From a virus: 64,000 nucleotides of DNA. Each line of letters begins with the position of its first letter. The stretch's first letter is position 1. The notes below the pieces were generated by a model. The model was given only the letters and a program-made list of their open reading frames with translations, ran no database searches and was not told where the DNA came from. Below, one piece after another: positions 55,959 through 64,000 of this stretch. The stretch covers positions 149 through 64,148 of IMG/VR virus record IMGVR_UViG_2540341061_000001, one strand, 5' to 3'. The translations under genes and the position numbers were made by a program.

Positions 55959-56131
55959 GCCAGTACCCCATCGAATATCAAAATTATTACCCCTACCAGT
56001 ACCAGGCTTCGCAATGGCAGGGCGTTGTGGGCACGCTGATGGGTGTGGTCATGCTGATAGCTATGGGCGCCTGGGCGCTATCCCTGGTAAAGAAGGCGTT
56101 CAAGGGCGAGGAGGTGAAGTTCCCGCTATGA
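55955..56131 (+). CDS. 58-aa coat-like single-TM protein
   Basis: Not in ORF track; MSQYPIEYQNYYPYQYQ...GVVMLIAMGAWALSLVKKAFK; GAGGAGG RBS; ATGA overlaps on both sides. Confidence 0.8.
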   Translation: MSQYPIEYQNYYPYQYQASQWQGVVGTLMGVVMLIAMGAWALSLVKKAFKGEEVKFPL

Positions 56132-56691
56132 CGACACAGGTAAGCGTCATGTCCGGCTCTTTGGGCGACATCTTCTGGGACCTGCCGCCATGGATGACCT
56201 ACACACCCGGGTTCGACCTGGGTTGCAGTATTTACGTGGCTAATCCCACCGGCGTAGAAAAGGAATATGCCCTGATGGCCAGGTTGAATCGGGAAAGCAC
56301 CTTGATTAGTGAAGAGGCTTTGCCGGTATTCGGTTACGCCTGGTTCAAGGTTGCTCCCGGCGATTTCGTCAGGCTCCGAGGCGCCCTACGTTTTAACGAA
56401 AGCGATGCCGACCTCACGGTGCTCCTGGTAGAGCGAGAGACAGAAGAGATCACTGACTCCGCAGCTACCCGGCTGGTGGCGCCGCAAGGGACGAGTGCTT
56501 TGCCACCGACGTGGCCCGGGTCCACCAGTACTACTGATAACGGCTTCAACTGGAACTCACTACTGGCCATGATGCTTCCGATGATGATGCTGGGGATGGT
56601 CGTGATGTCCGCTAAACCTCAGCAAGAGAAGGTGGAAGCGAAAACCACGGTTGAAACCCAGAAGTTACTTCCGGAAGGGAGGAACCGGTAA
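56128..56691 (+). CDS. Beta-rich ectodomain with Met-rich TM anchor
   Basis: LLAMMLPMMMLGMVVMSAKP; ATG 56128 overlaps previous stop. Confidence 0.75.
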   Translation: MTTQVSVMSGSLGDIFWDLPPWMTYTPGFDLGCSIYVANPTGVEKEYALMARLNRESTLISEEALPVFGYAWFKVAPGDFVRLRGALRFNESDADLTVLLVERETEEITDSAATRLVAPQGTSALPPTWPGSTSTTDNGFNWNSLLAMMLPMMMLGMVVMSAKPQQEKVEAKTTVETQKLLPEGRNR

Positions 56692-57158
56692 TGCCTGGAG
56701 AGTTTTATGTTGAAAACAAAGCGGAAAAGGTCAGCCTTGAGACAGTAGAGTCCAGTCTTGCTGGTCTAAACACTAAGGCGGATGCCATCAAGGCACGCAC
56801 CGATAACCTGGCTGGGGAAAATCCTTGGCAGGGAGCAACGACGGCTGACTGGCAAACAGTCGAGGCTAATATCGTTAGCATTGGCACTGCCGGTATCCGG
56901 AATAAGATACATGACCTGACTCTCAGCATTCATAACCTGGTGGGCACACAAATCAGAGTGAGGCTTTATAAGAAGGTCAATGGGACCGAGCGGAAAGTAT
57001 ATGACCAGTCTTTTGATGCAACTTCTGATCCGGTAGGACTGCCGGTTATCAACGGCACCTGGGCCATTCACGATGTCCTGAGAGTGACCTTACAAAGTAA
57101 TAACGCCGCAGATAACGGGAAAGCCGTGGATTATGACTACATGCTGGAGGCGATGTAA
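56691..57158 (+). CDS. Coiled coil plus beta-sandwich, candidate virion protein
   Basis: SLETVESSLAGLNTKADAIK then beta-rich domain. Confidence 0.65.
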   Translation: MPGEFYVENKAEKVSLETVESSLAGLNTKADAIKARTDNLAGENPWQGATTADWQTVEANIVSIGTAGIRNKIHDLTLSIHNLVGTQIRVRLYKKVNGTERKVYDQSFDATSDPVGLPVINGTWAIHDVLRVTLQSNNAADNGKAVDYDYMLEAM

Positions 57159-57388
57159 TGAGCCTGCTCGCTATCGCGAAAAGCGTTACTGCCCTCTCGC
57201 AGATTGAGATAGATATCGATAAAGACTGGGATGCGAAAGAGATCTTAAATATCGGCTCTATTGTAGCCGGTATGACGCATGGCGATTTCGTTTACTACGA
57301 CGGCTCAATATTAGCTAGATTACCCGCTGGCTCGCCTGGTCACAATTTACAATGCTTGGGTCCTGGCAAAAACCCGAGGTGGAGTTAA
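57158..57388 (+). CDS. Stand-alone copy of the spike N-terminal domain
   Basis: LSQIEIDIDKDW..GMTHGD..RLPAG..NPRW, shared with 57393 and 60768. Confidence 0.7.
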   Translation: MSLLAIAKSVTALSQIEIDIDKDWDAKEILNIGSIVAGMTHGDFVYYDGSILARLPAGSPGHNLQCLGPGKNPRWS

Positions 57389-57392
57389 GAAC

Positions 57393-58217
57393 GTGACTTT
57401 GCTAATTAAACCGAATGCAGTCTCTAGCCTGTCGCAGCTATCCATCGATGCTGACAAAGATTGGGGTGGTAGAGCAATTACTAACCTGAAAGGGTTAGCT
57501 GCTGGCATGACCCAGGGAGACCTATTTTTTCGAGGCATCGCCTCAATCCAGAGATTACTTCCAGGGGTTGCTGGGCAGTTCCTGATAACCAAAGGGACGG
57601 GAGCCAACCCTGAGTGGGGAGATTATGCCGGAAGGGTAGAAAGGCTTTTCTTTTTGCTATCCACTATGCCGGTGAAAAGCCATTCGGTGATTGCAACCAA
57701 TGTTCCAGGGGTTCAATCTCCGGTACCTCTAATCATCCAAAATGCAGGTGTATTCTTGGTTACTCCTTATGCCAGCCCATTAGCATGCGGTGGAGCTGTT
57801 TACCACGATGATTCACCTTTAATTGATACTGACGAGACTACTCAGGCTAATAATGCTACCGCTAATGATATTCACTTACTTCCAAGTCCAGGCGCGGTTG
57901 GCGATGGTTTTTATTTCGGACTCAATAATCCCTTCGATCGTGTCGTGGTCAACATCGGAACGGCTGGAGTGGGAACGTGGACAATCACCTGGAAATACTA
58001 TAACGGAGTAACCTGGACTGCTCTTACCATCAAAACCGATGAAACTTCGCACTTCAGAACTTCGGGATTAAAAGGCTGTCACTGGGTTAGACCATTAGAT
58101 TGGACTGCGACTCTGATTGCAGGAATGAATCTCTATTGGGTTAAGTCCGAAATAACAGCCTACACAAGTATGACCACCCAACCCCTGGGAAATCAGGCAT
58201 GGTTAGGCAGATATTAA
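57393..58217 (+). CDS. Spike/receptor-binding-like protein A
   Basis: Shared N-domain; C-domain DET.QAN..RP.DW..LYW..QPLG shared with 60768. Confidence 0.65.
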   Translation: MTLLIKPNAVSSLSQLSIDADKDWGGRAITNLKGLAAGMTQGDLFFRGIASIQRLLPGVAGQFLITKGTGANPEWGDYAGRVERLFFLLSTMPVKSHSVIATNVPGVQSPVPLIIQNAGVFLVTPYASPLACGGAVYHDDSPLIDTDETTQANNATANDIHLLPSPGAVGDGFYFGLNNPFDRVVVNIGTAGVGTWTITWKYYNGVTWTALTIKTDETSHFRTSGLKGCHWVRPLDWTATLIAGMNLYWVKSEITAYTSMTTQPLGNQAWLGRY

Positions 58218-58237
58218 GGCCTGTATGGGAGAAGCAA

Positions 58238-58960
58238 ATGAACAAAATCTACATTGAACCGCTGGCAAGCGAAAGGAAATACCGGGACTTATCCAGGCTC
58301 GGCAGGGAGCTAAAAATCCCGATTACTGAGTGTTTTCTGGAGCTCAAGGTGACTATGCCGGATGGCAAGGTTGCTCATCATCACAAGCAACGCAGCCATT
58401 CCTGGGTAAGAAATGGCTATAACGTTTTAACCTGCATCATGATGGCCATAAATTATAACGACGCCACTTATGGTCCTGGTTTTCTAAATCTCAGGGCAAC
58501 CAATGGAACCATTCAGAAAAGAGCCGGCGCGATTATCTACGGCTATAACGATCCTGACTGGGAAAGCACTGGGTGTGGCTACATGGCAGCTGCCGGTAGC
58601 TTGAACAACGGAATAGTCGTTGGATCCGGAGTTGCCGCCGAGTCTTTTGAGGATTATGCCTTACAAACGCAGATTGCTCACGGCACTGGCGCCGGACAGC
58701 TTTCCTATGCCCAGTGTGAAGCCCCCGTCAAATCATACGATGCGGGTACCAAGACCTATACCTGCGTATGGAACAGGTATCTTAACAATAACTCTGTAGG
58801 GGACGTCACCGTTAATGAAGTCGGCTTAATAATGTCCTGCAATACGAACTATGGTTACAGGGGTATGGTCAGCCGGGACAAACTCGCTGCTTCCGTGGTG
58901 GTTGCCAGTGCAGGTCAATTGAAAGTCAGCTATACGTTTTCGGTGGTATTCCCCGCATAG
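58238..58960 (+). CDS. Fibre/spike-base-like protein A
   Basis: QRSHSWVRN, GIVVG, GQLSY, NNNS.GD.TVNE shared with 61629. Confidence 0.65.
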   Translation: MNKIYIEPLASERKYRDLSRLGRELKIPITECFLELKVTMPDGKVAHHHKQRSHSWVRNGYNVLTCIMMAINYNDATYGPGFLNLRATNGTIQKRAGAIIYGYNDPDWESTGCGYMAAAGSLNNGIVVGSGVAAESFEDYALQTQIAHGTGAGQLSYAQCEAPVKSYDAGTKTYTCVWNRYLNNNSVGDVTVNEVGLIMSCNTNYGYRGMVSRDKLAASVVVASAGQLKVSYTFSVVFPA

Positions 58961-58978
58961 GAGTGCTTTATAAAGGAC

Positions 58979-60241
58979 GTGAACGAAATGAGATATTCAG
59001 TAATCGCGAAAGGAATAACGCCAGCGCAGGTTGAGGTGGAGATCCGTAAGCTGGGCATAACCGATTTCAAACCTGCCAGGCTGTTGGGGCAGTTCTTTTG
59101 CGAGCTCAGCGAAGAAAAAGTCAGAGCTCTATCAGCCGTCTCCGGTATTGTCTTAAAGCCTATCAAAGACTATAAAGCCGAGCAGGTGCTGAGTGAAGTG
59201 GCACCGGTTGAGAGCCTTTCGGATGTATTTTATTTGCTGCGTTCATATTTCAATCCGCCACTTACCGGGACCGGACTCACCGTAGCTGTGTTAGACAGTG
59301 GTATCAGGAAAACCCATCAGTCTCTAAGAAGCAAAGTCGTCTACGAGGCTAATTTTACAGATTCGCCGACGGCCGATGATGTTTTCGGACACGGGACTCA
59401 GGTTGCCTTCATCATTGCCGGCGGTATGCATGCCATAGGTGAGAAAGCTGGTGTTTCTCCCAGCGCTTCCATCATGAATATCAAGGTAATCAATGACGAT
59501 GGCATTGGCAGCGATGAAGGTATCGTCATGGGAATTGAGCGTGTCTGTGGGTTAGCCGAGCAAGCGAGAAAGAACGGGCTCTGGATAACCGATGATTTGT
59601 ATCCCAACATCATCAACCTCAGCCTGGGAGGTGAGGATGACGGTGATGCCGACAATCCAGTGCGGGCAGCTTGCCGCAAGGCAAGCACTGAATATGGTCT
59701 GGACGTTATTGCCGCCGCGGGAAACTCCGGTCCGAAAATGACTACCGTTATGCTCCCGGCCTGTGACCCGGAGGTTATTGCTGTGGGCGCAGTTGAAACC
59801 AACGGCGAGCTGGCTATTTGGGAAAAATCATCTCGCGGACCAACGGTACAGGGTGAGACCAAGCCCGACTTCGTTATCTGGGGTACCGACCTTGAAATGG
59901 CGAGTCATCAGAAAGACGATGAGTATCTTGTGAAGTCGGGCACCAGCTTTGCCGCTCCCATGCTGTCGGGGCTGGCCGGTCTACTTTGGGAGAGTGGCAG
60001 AAGGGCTTACGGAGAAGCCTGGGTATTCAGCTGGCGAGAGGCCAAGAAACTGGCCCCCTATTTTTCGACCAAACCGCAGGATGCCCCGGTCAATAAAGAT
60101 AACGTCTATGGCTTCGGGCTCCCTGCGATGGGCTCGATGCTGGGACAGGTATCCCAAACCGATTCAACGACACAACAGGGCACAGAAGTATTTCCCATGT
60201 TCATGATGATGGCTATGATGGCGAGCATGGTAGGAGCGTAA
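58979..60241 (+). CDS. Subtilisin-like S8 serine protease with Met-rich C-terminal tail
   Basis: VAVLDSG (D), GHGTQV (H), AAAGN, SGTSFAAP (S); ends PMFMMMAMMASMVGA; no N-terminal signal peptide seen. Confidence 0.95.
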   Translation: MNEMRYSVIAKGITPAQVEVEIRKLGITDFKPARLLGQFFCELSEEKVRALSAVSGIVLKPIKDYKAEQVLSEVAPVESLSDVFYLLRSYFNPPLTGTGLTVAVLDSGIRKTHQSLRSKVVYEANFTDSPTADDVFGHGTQVAFIIAGGMHAIGEKAGVSPSASIMNIKVINDDGIGSDEGIVMGIERVCGLAEQARKNGLWITDDLYPNIINLSLGGEDDGDADNPVRAACRKASTEYGLDVIAAAGNSGPKMTTVMLPACDPEVIAVGAVETNGELAIWEKSSRGPTVQGETKPDFVIWGTDLEMASHQKDDEYLVKSGTSFAAPMLSGLAGLLWESGRRAYGEAWVFSWREAKKLAPYFSTKPQDAPVNKDNVYGFGLPAMGSMLGQVSQTDSTTQQGTEVFPMFMMMAMMASMVGA

Positions 60242-60244
60242 ACG

Positions 60245-60571
60245 ATGGCAGACAGCGAATTAGTTAAATCCCTGATTGCACTGGGCGGAGTGCCCCTTAT
60301 CCTGGGATTCGTACAGCTTTTCAAGCCCTTTATCTCGGATACCCGCTACTATCCTTTGCTGGCGGTTGCTATGGGATTAGTGATTAACCTGGTGGCCAGC
60401 TGGGCGCTCGGTGTCACCGCCATGTCGGACTGGGTAGCAGCAATATTCAACGGCATCATCGCTGGTATGGCAGCCAGTGGGGTTTACTCCACGGGTTCCA
60501 CGCTGCGGGAGGGTCCGGCAGCCGATAAAAATAACCGCTCAACTGAAGGAGAGACTGATGAAACTAAGTAG
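60245..60571 (+). CDS. Holin-like multi-TM protein
   Basis: Three hydrophobic segments; GIIAGMAASGVY motif. Confidence 0.55.
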   Translation: MADSELVKSLIALGGVPLILGFVQLFKPFISDTRYYPLLAVAMGLVINLVASWALGVTAMSDWVAAIFNGIIAGMAASGVYSTGSTLREGPAADKNNRSTEGETDETK

Positions 60572-60758
60572 AAACCTGGCGATAGGACTGGAAACCGTGG
60601 GTTGCTGTATCACGGTTGCCGGGGTCGTTACAGAGTGGGCTACGGGGGCTGACTACGGCTATTGCATTATCACGGGCGGAGCGCTGGTGGTTAGTTTCGG
60701 TAGCATGATATTCGCCAAGGTCGTCAAACGCAACTGGGACGATGGAGATAAGGGTTAA
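60558..60758 (+). CDS. Small two-TM protein
   Basis: GGAG RBS; two hydrophobic stretches. Confidence 0.65.
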   Translation: MKLSRNLAIGLETVGCCITVAGVVTEWATGADYGYCIITGGALVVSFGSMIFAKVVKRNWDDGDKG

Positions 60759-60767
60759 GGAGTAGCA

Positions 60768-61619
60768 ATGAGCTTATTGCTTAAGGGAGCCGCTAGACTT
60801 TCCCAACTTGAAATAGACACCGATAAAGATTGGCAGGCAAAGGGAATGACCAATCTTAAAAGTATTGCCGAATCAATGAGTCACGGCGATATTGCCTTTC
60901 GTGGGAATGACATCCTTGAAAGGCTATTGGCAGATGCCGGCAAAGGGTATAGCTTCCTGAGAAGTCGTGGCCCTGGGCTATCGCCGGTCTGGCAGGATAT
61001 TGAGAGTTTGGTCCAGTATCTGACCGGTTCAGCCAACAGGGCGCTGGCATTTGACCTTTCCATGCCTATGCCAGCAATGAGTGTCGCTCATATCACTGGT
61101 CCCGGCGGCGGGGGGTCTTCTTCTCCAGTCCTTAGTATTCCGGCCCCAGTATTTAACAGGGAAGTCTTGGCGACTACAGTAAATCCGGTTGGTGGTACGG
61201 TTTCACACAACGATGACGTCGGCGACAGCGATGAGACCGCCCAGGCAAATGATGATACGGGAAACGATATAACACTTCTCCCAGCCGATGGCTCTATCAA
61301 TGATTACTGTGCCATGGGACATTCTGGGCTCTTTGATGCAATCGCTGTCCTGGTTGGACAGGTAGGCGCTAATTACACCCTTGCTTATGAATATTCCAGG
61401 GGTATCGGAACATGGGGAACACTGACAATTAAACACAATAGCACAAGTGATTGGAAAGCGGCAGGAAAAGGCTGGCTCACTTTCGCTCGTCCTCCTGACT
61501 GGGCAACTGATACCCTCGCCGGATTAACCCTCTACTGGATAAGGACGCGGGCTGCCAGTATCAGCGGTGGTTTTCTCCAGCCTTTAGGAACACGGGCATG
61601 GATACTGGTTTACGCGTAG
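60768..61619 (+). CDS. Spike/receptor-binding-like protein B (paralog of 57393)
   Basis: Same N- and C-domains as 57393-58217. Confidence 0.7.
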   Translation: MSLLLKGAARLSQLEIDTDKDWQAKGMTNLKSIAESMSHGDIAFRGNDILERLLADAGKGYSFLRSRGPGLSPVWQDIESLVQYLTGSANRALAFDLSMPMPAMSVAHITGPGGGGSSSPVLSIPAPVFNREVLATTVNPVGGTVSHNDDVGDSDETAQANDDTGNDITLLPADGSINDYCAMGHSGLFDAIAVLVGQVGANYTLAYEYSRGIGTWGTLTIKHNSTSDWKAAGKGWLTFARPPDWATDTLAGLTLYWIRTRAASISGGFLQPLGTRAWILVYA

Positions 61620-61628
61620 GAGATTAAG

Positions 61629-62342
61629 ATGACAGGAGCATTTTTAGAAACTGAGTATGACGATCTGAGAAAGCTGGCTAAAAAGCTGCATATCCTACTT
61701 CCTGAGGCTTTCTGGGAGTTTGAGGTCAGGGACAAGAACGGTCTGACTCTGGCACGACACAGGCAGCGGAGTCATAGCTGGGTCAGGAACGCCTATAACC
61801 TGATGGTTTGCCAGGCAGCCGCAGTGCCCGGTGATTTGGCCGTCGGACTGGCTGTCGTTGATATTAACGGAACCGCCAGGTCAGATGCTACCACTCAACC
61901 TGCTTCCGGGCTATCCAGCGGCGGTGCCAGTAACTCCAGTATCTACGTAAACCTGGGTAACGGCATCTATGCCGGAGCCGGCGTTGACTTGTTTGGCATC
62001 GTGGTTGGGACAGGTAACAACCCGGAGAGTCTGGAGAGCTATGCCCTGGCAACAAAGATAGTTAGCGGAAACCTGGCTGGTCAGCTTTCTTACAGCGCAA
62101 CCGACCCGCCCACGATATCCACTATCGGGACTACCAAAACAGTGGCATGGGTGAGGTATTTCAATAACAATAGCGGCGGCGATATTACGGTCAACGAGGC
62201 AGGGGTTTACACAAAGGGTACCTACGACAACTCGAGTGCGACTTTTATGCTCTGTCGGGACCTGCTCGCCGGTGGAGTTGTTGTTCCGAATACGGGGCAG
62301 CTGAAGGTAACTTATACTCTCCAGCTCACTTATCCGGCTTAG
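61629..62342 (+). CDS. Fibre/spike-base-like protein B (paralog of 58238)
   Basis: Shared motifs; ends GQLKVTYTLQLTYPA vs GQLKVSYTFSVVFPA. Confidence 0.7.
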   Translation: MTGAFLETEYDDLRKLAKKLHILLPEAFWEFEVRDKNGLTLARHRQRSHSWVRNAYNLMVCQAAAVPGDLAVGLAVVDINGTARSDATTQPASGLSSGGASNSSIYVNLGNGIYAGAGVDLFGIVVGTGNNPESLESYALATKIVSGNLAGQLSYSATDPPTISTIGTTKTVAWVRYFNNNSGGDITVNEAGVYTKGTYDNSSATFMLCRDLLAGGVVVPNTGQLKVTYTLQLTYPA

Positions 62343-62353
62343 GAGAAGTAATA

Positions 62354-62737
62354 GTGGCACAGTATGCGGACATCATCGAAATAATTGCTCCCAGCCAGGC
62401 AGCATCGGGCAGCATGGTGGATATTACCATCAGGGTAAAAAACACCTATTCCGGTGCTATCGCCATCATGATGGGCGGCGCTCTGGAATACGGCGTTTCT
62501 CCATGGCCAGGCATTGATGTTCCGGAGAACTGGGCGAATGTGGATGGCGGGGCGGTCCATTCATTCAGTGGGTTCTTCATGATGCCGGATGCCCGGGTGA
62601 CCATCCATGCCTACAGTTACTGGTACGGCGCCGACGGCTACTGGCATTTCGATGACGAGATGACGAAAACCATCAACCTGTCGGCGCTGACGCCCCAGGT
62701 GAGCGAGTTTAAGATAGCAGACTTCTACAAAATGTAA
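62354..62737 (+). CDS. Ig-like beta protein with shared C-terminal motif
   Basis: Ends PQVSEFKIADFYKM. Confidence 0.7.
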   Translation: MAQYADIIEIIAPSQAASGSMVDITIRVKNTYSGAIAIMMGGALEYGVSPWPGIDVPENWANVDGGAVHSFSGFFMMPDARVTIHAYSYWYGADGYWHFDDEMTKTINLSALTPQVSEFKIADFYKM

Positions 62738-62748
62738 GGAGGCACACC

Positions 62749-63327
62749 ATGAAATTGAAAACACTGTCTATAGACCTCGGAGAGTTTAAGGCTCTCCAAG
62801 AAAGTGCTCTGGGACAAATGCCGGAGCCGTCCGCGGCTGGCTGGTATATTGACCCGCGTACCGGGGAGCGTGTTTTTTATGACCCGGATAGCCACAAGTT
62901 CTATACCCTGGCGGGCGGCATCTATATCCCCTTGGGCTATATGAATCCGGCCCCGAAGCAGGTAACTTTGGCCCCGGGGGAAAAGCTCAGGATAAATATG
63001 TCCTTCAAGTATTCGGGACCGGCAATCAGCAGCGCCATCTGTTATTACTCCATCGGAGTCTATGGACTATTCGGCTTTGATGAGAAGATGGTGGGGCAGA
63101 ACTCGAAGAGCCTTCCCCAGTATACGACGCCGACCCAGGTAACTGACTCATATACGTTCACTCTGCCGACGAATGTGGGTAATGACTGGGACGACATCTA
63201 CTGCAAGATATACGGCGGCTCACCGGGTGTTCCTCAAACCCTGTTTGGTTATGAGCAAGCCCTGCTGATTATAGGCAAAGACCCGACCATCAGTGAGTTC
63301 ATGATTGCAGATTTTGCCAAGGTGTAG
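62749..63327 (+). CDS. Ig-like beta protein with shared C-terminal motif
   Basis: Ends PTISEFMIADFAKV. Confidence 0.7.
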   Translation: MKLKTLSIDLGEFKALQESALGQMPEPSAAGWYIDPRTGERVFYDPDSHKFYTLAGGIYIPLGYMNPAPKQVTLAPGEKLRINMSFKYSGPAISSAICYYSIGVYGLFGFDEKMVGQNSKSLPQYTTPTQVTDSYTFTLPTNVGNDWDDIYCKIYGGSPGVPQTLFGYEQALLIIGKDPTISEFMIADFAKV

Positions 63328-63336
63328 GAGTAGAGC

Positions 63337-63810
63337 ATGGCACTTGAAATAGTCTTTGCACCGATGGCGCTTGAGCCAGGAACGTTCAACGTAGGGGATA
63401 AGGTCCGGGTGACCGTCTCCTTCAAGTACGTCATCGGTGTGAACACCACCGTAAAGCTGCTGGCTGGTCCTTACTACACAAACCTCTTCGGCAAGCACAT
63501 GGTCAGTTCCTGTGTAGGTCAGGCTGATATAGATTTGCCGTCGTCTTCCACACCGGCTGATGGAACCGCCACGGTGGATTTCATACTCATTGCTAAATCC
63601 CTGGGTGGCATTGAGAACGGCACCTATGGCTTAAGGGTCTGGATTGAGGATACCAGCGCTATTGCCGAGCAGGATAACGTCATTATCGTCTCTGGTAATA
63701 CCAGTGGTGGGGATATGTTTTCGTCAATGATGCCGATGGTAATGATGTTGATGATGATGGGCATGATAATGCCGATGACCCAGCAAATGGGTGAGGGAGT
63801 CGAGGAATAG
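63337..63810 (+). CDS. Ig-like domain with Met-rich TM anchor
   Basis: GDKVRVTVSFKY..; DMFSSMMPMVMMLMMMGMIMPMTQQ. Confidence 0.8.
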   Translation: MALEIVFAPMALEPGTFNVGDKVRVTVSFKYVIGVNTTVKLLAGPYYTNLFGKHMVSSCVGQADIDLPSSSTPADGTATVDFILIAKSLGGIENGTYGLRVWIEDTSAIAEQDNVIIVSGNTSGGDMFSSMMPMVMMLMMMGMIMPMTQQMGEGVEE

Positions 63811-64000
63811 TGAAAGCCTACCTGGAACCGGAAGAGGTGGAACGGCTTGAGCAGTCGGCAGAATATCTGCGGGACAGGCTGCTTATCCGTTTGCTCTTTC
63901 ACCTCGGTTGCCGCGTCTCCGAAGCTTTGGGGATCAAGGTAAGCGACATCGACTTCAAACAGGGCTTGGTAACCATCCAGCACCTGAAGCAGCGAATTAA
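63810..64000 (+). CDS. Tyrosine recombinase, catalytic domain starting at the N-terminus (runs off the window)
   Basis: GTG 63810; RDRLLIRLLFHLGCRVSEALGIKVSDIDF box I. Confidence 0.85.
   Translation, partial: MKAYLEPEEVERLEQSAEYLRDRLLIRLLFHLGCRVSEALGIKVSDIDFKQGLVTIQHLKQRI

Larger units (their letters stand above)
43681..64000 (+). mobile_element. Integrative virus-like element (right end beyond window)
   Basis: att + integrase + repressor switch + replication module + structural-like operon. Confidence 0.85.

Noticed and set aside
57393-62342. Shufflon between the duplicated cassettes
   Set aside because: Cassettes are in direct orientation, both complete, with only short DNA identity; no repeated recombination sites seen
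1-64000. CRISPR array, DGR/retron, or group II intron
   Set aside because: No regularly spaced repeat-spacer array and no reverse transcriptase motifs seen; the DUF2800 gene is a phage Cas4-like nuclease without cas context

Overview
No host housekeeping genes are visible; the window is two adjacent mobile elements. (1) About 749-43400, almost all on the minus strand: a near-complete Firmicutes-type HK97-fold siphovirus prophage. It carries lysis, tail, head and packaging modules, a MetK plus two DNA methyltransferases, an interrupted SNF2 helicase, a primase-helicase, PolA, a sigma-like regulator and a convergent type II restriction-modification (R-M) cassette. No integrase of its own is seen; a small serine resolvase lies at the left window edge. 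(2) From 43681 to beyond 64000: an element whose large serine recombinase reads through a tRNA-Ala/tmRNA-like 3' end (att site). It has an ImmR/ImmA-like switch, a primase-helicase with internal iterons, a J-domain protein and an AAA+ ATPase. A long operon follows, with small membrane proteins sharing a Met-rich anchor, beta-rich candidate virion proteins, duplicated spike-like cassettes, a subtilisin protease and a holin-like protein. No terminase, portal, HK97 capsid or endolysin is recognisable in the visible part. The best candidate for an undescribed system is element 2, read as a tailless, membrane-associated temperate virus; from memory its gene content resembles integrative elements of Dehalococcoidia (unverified). 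All family assignments come from motif recognition by eye; no searches were run.
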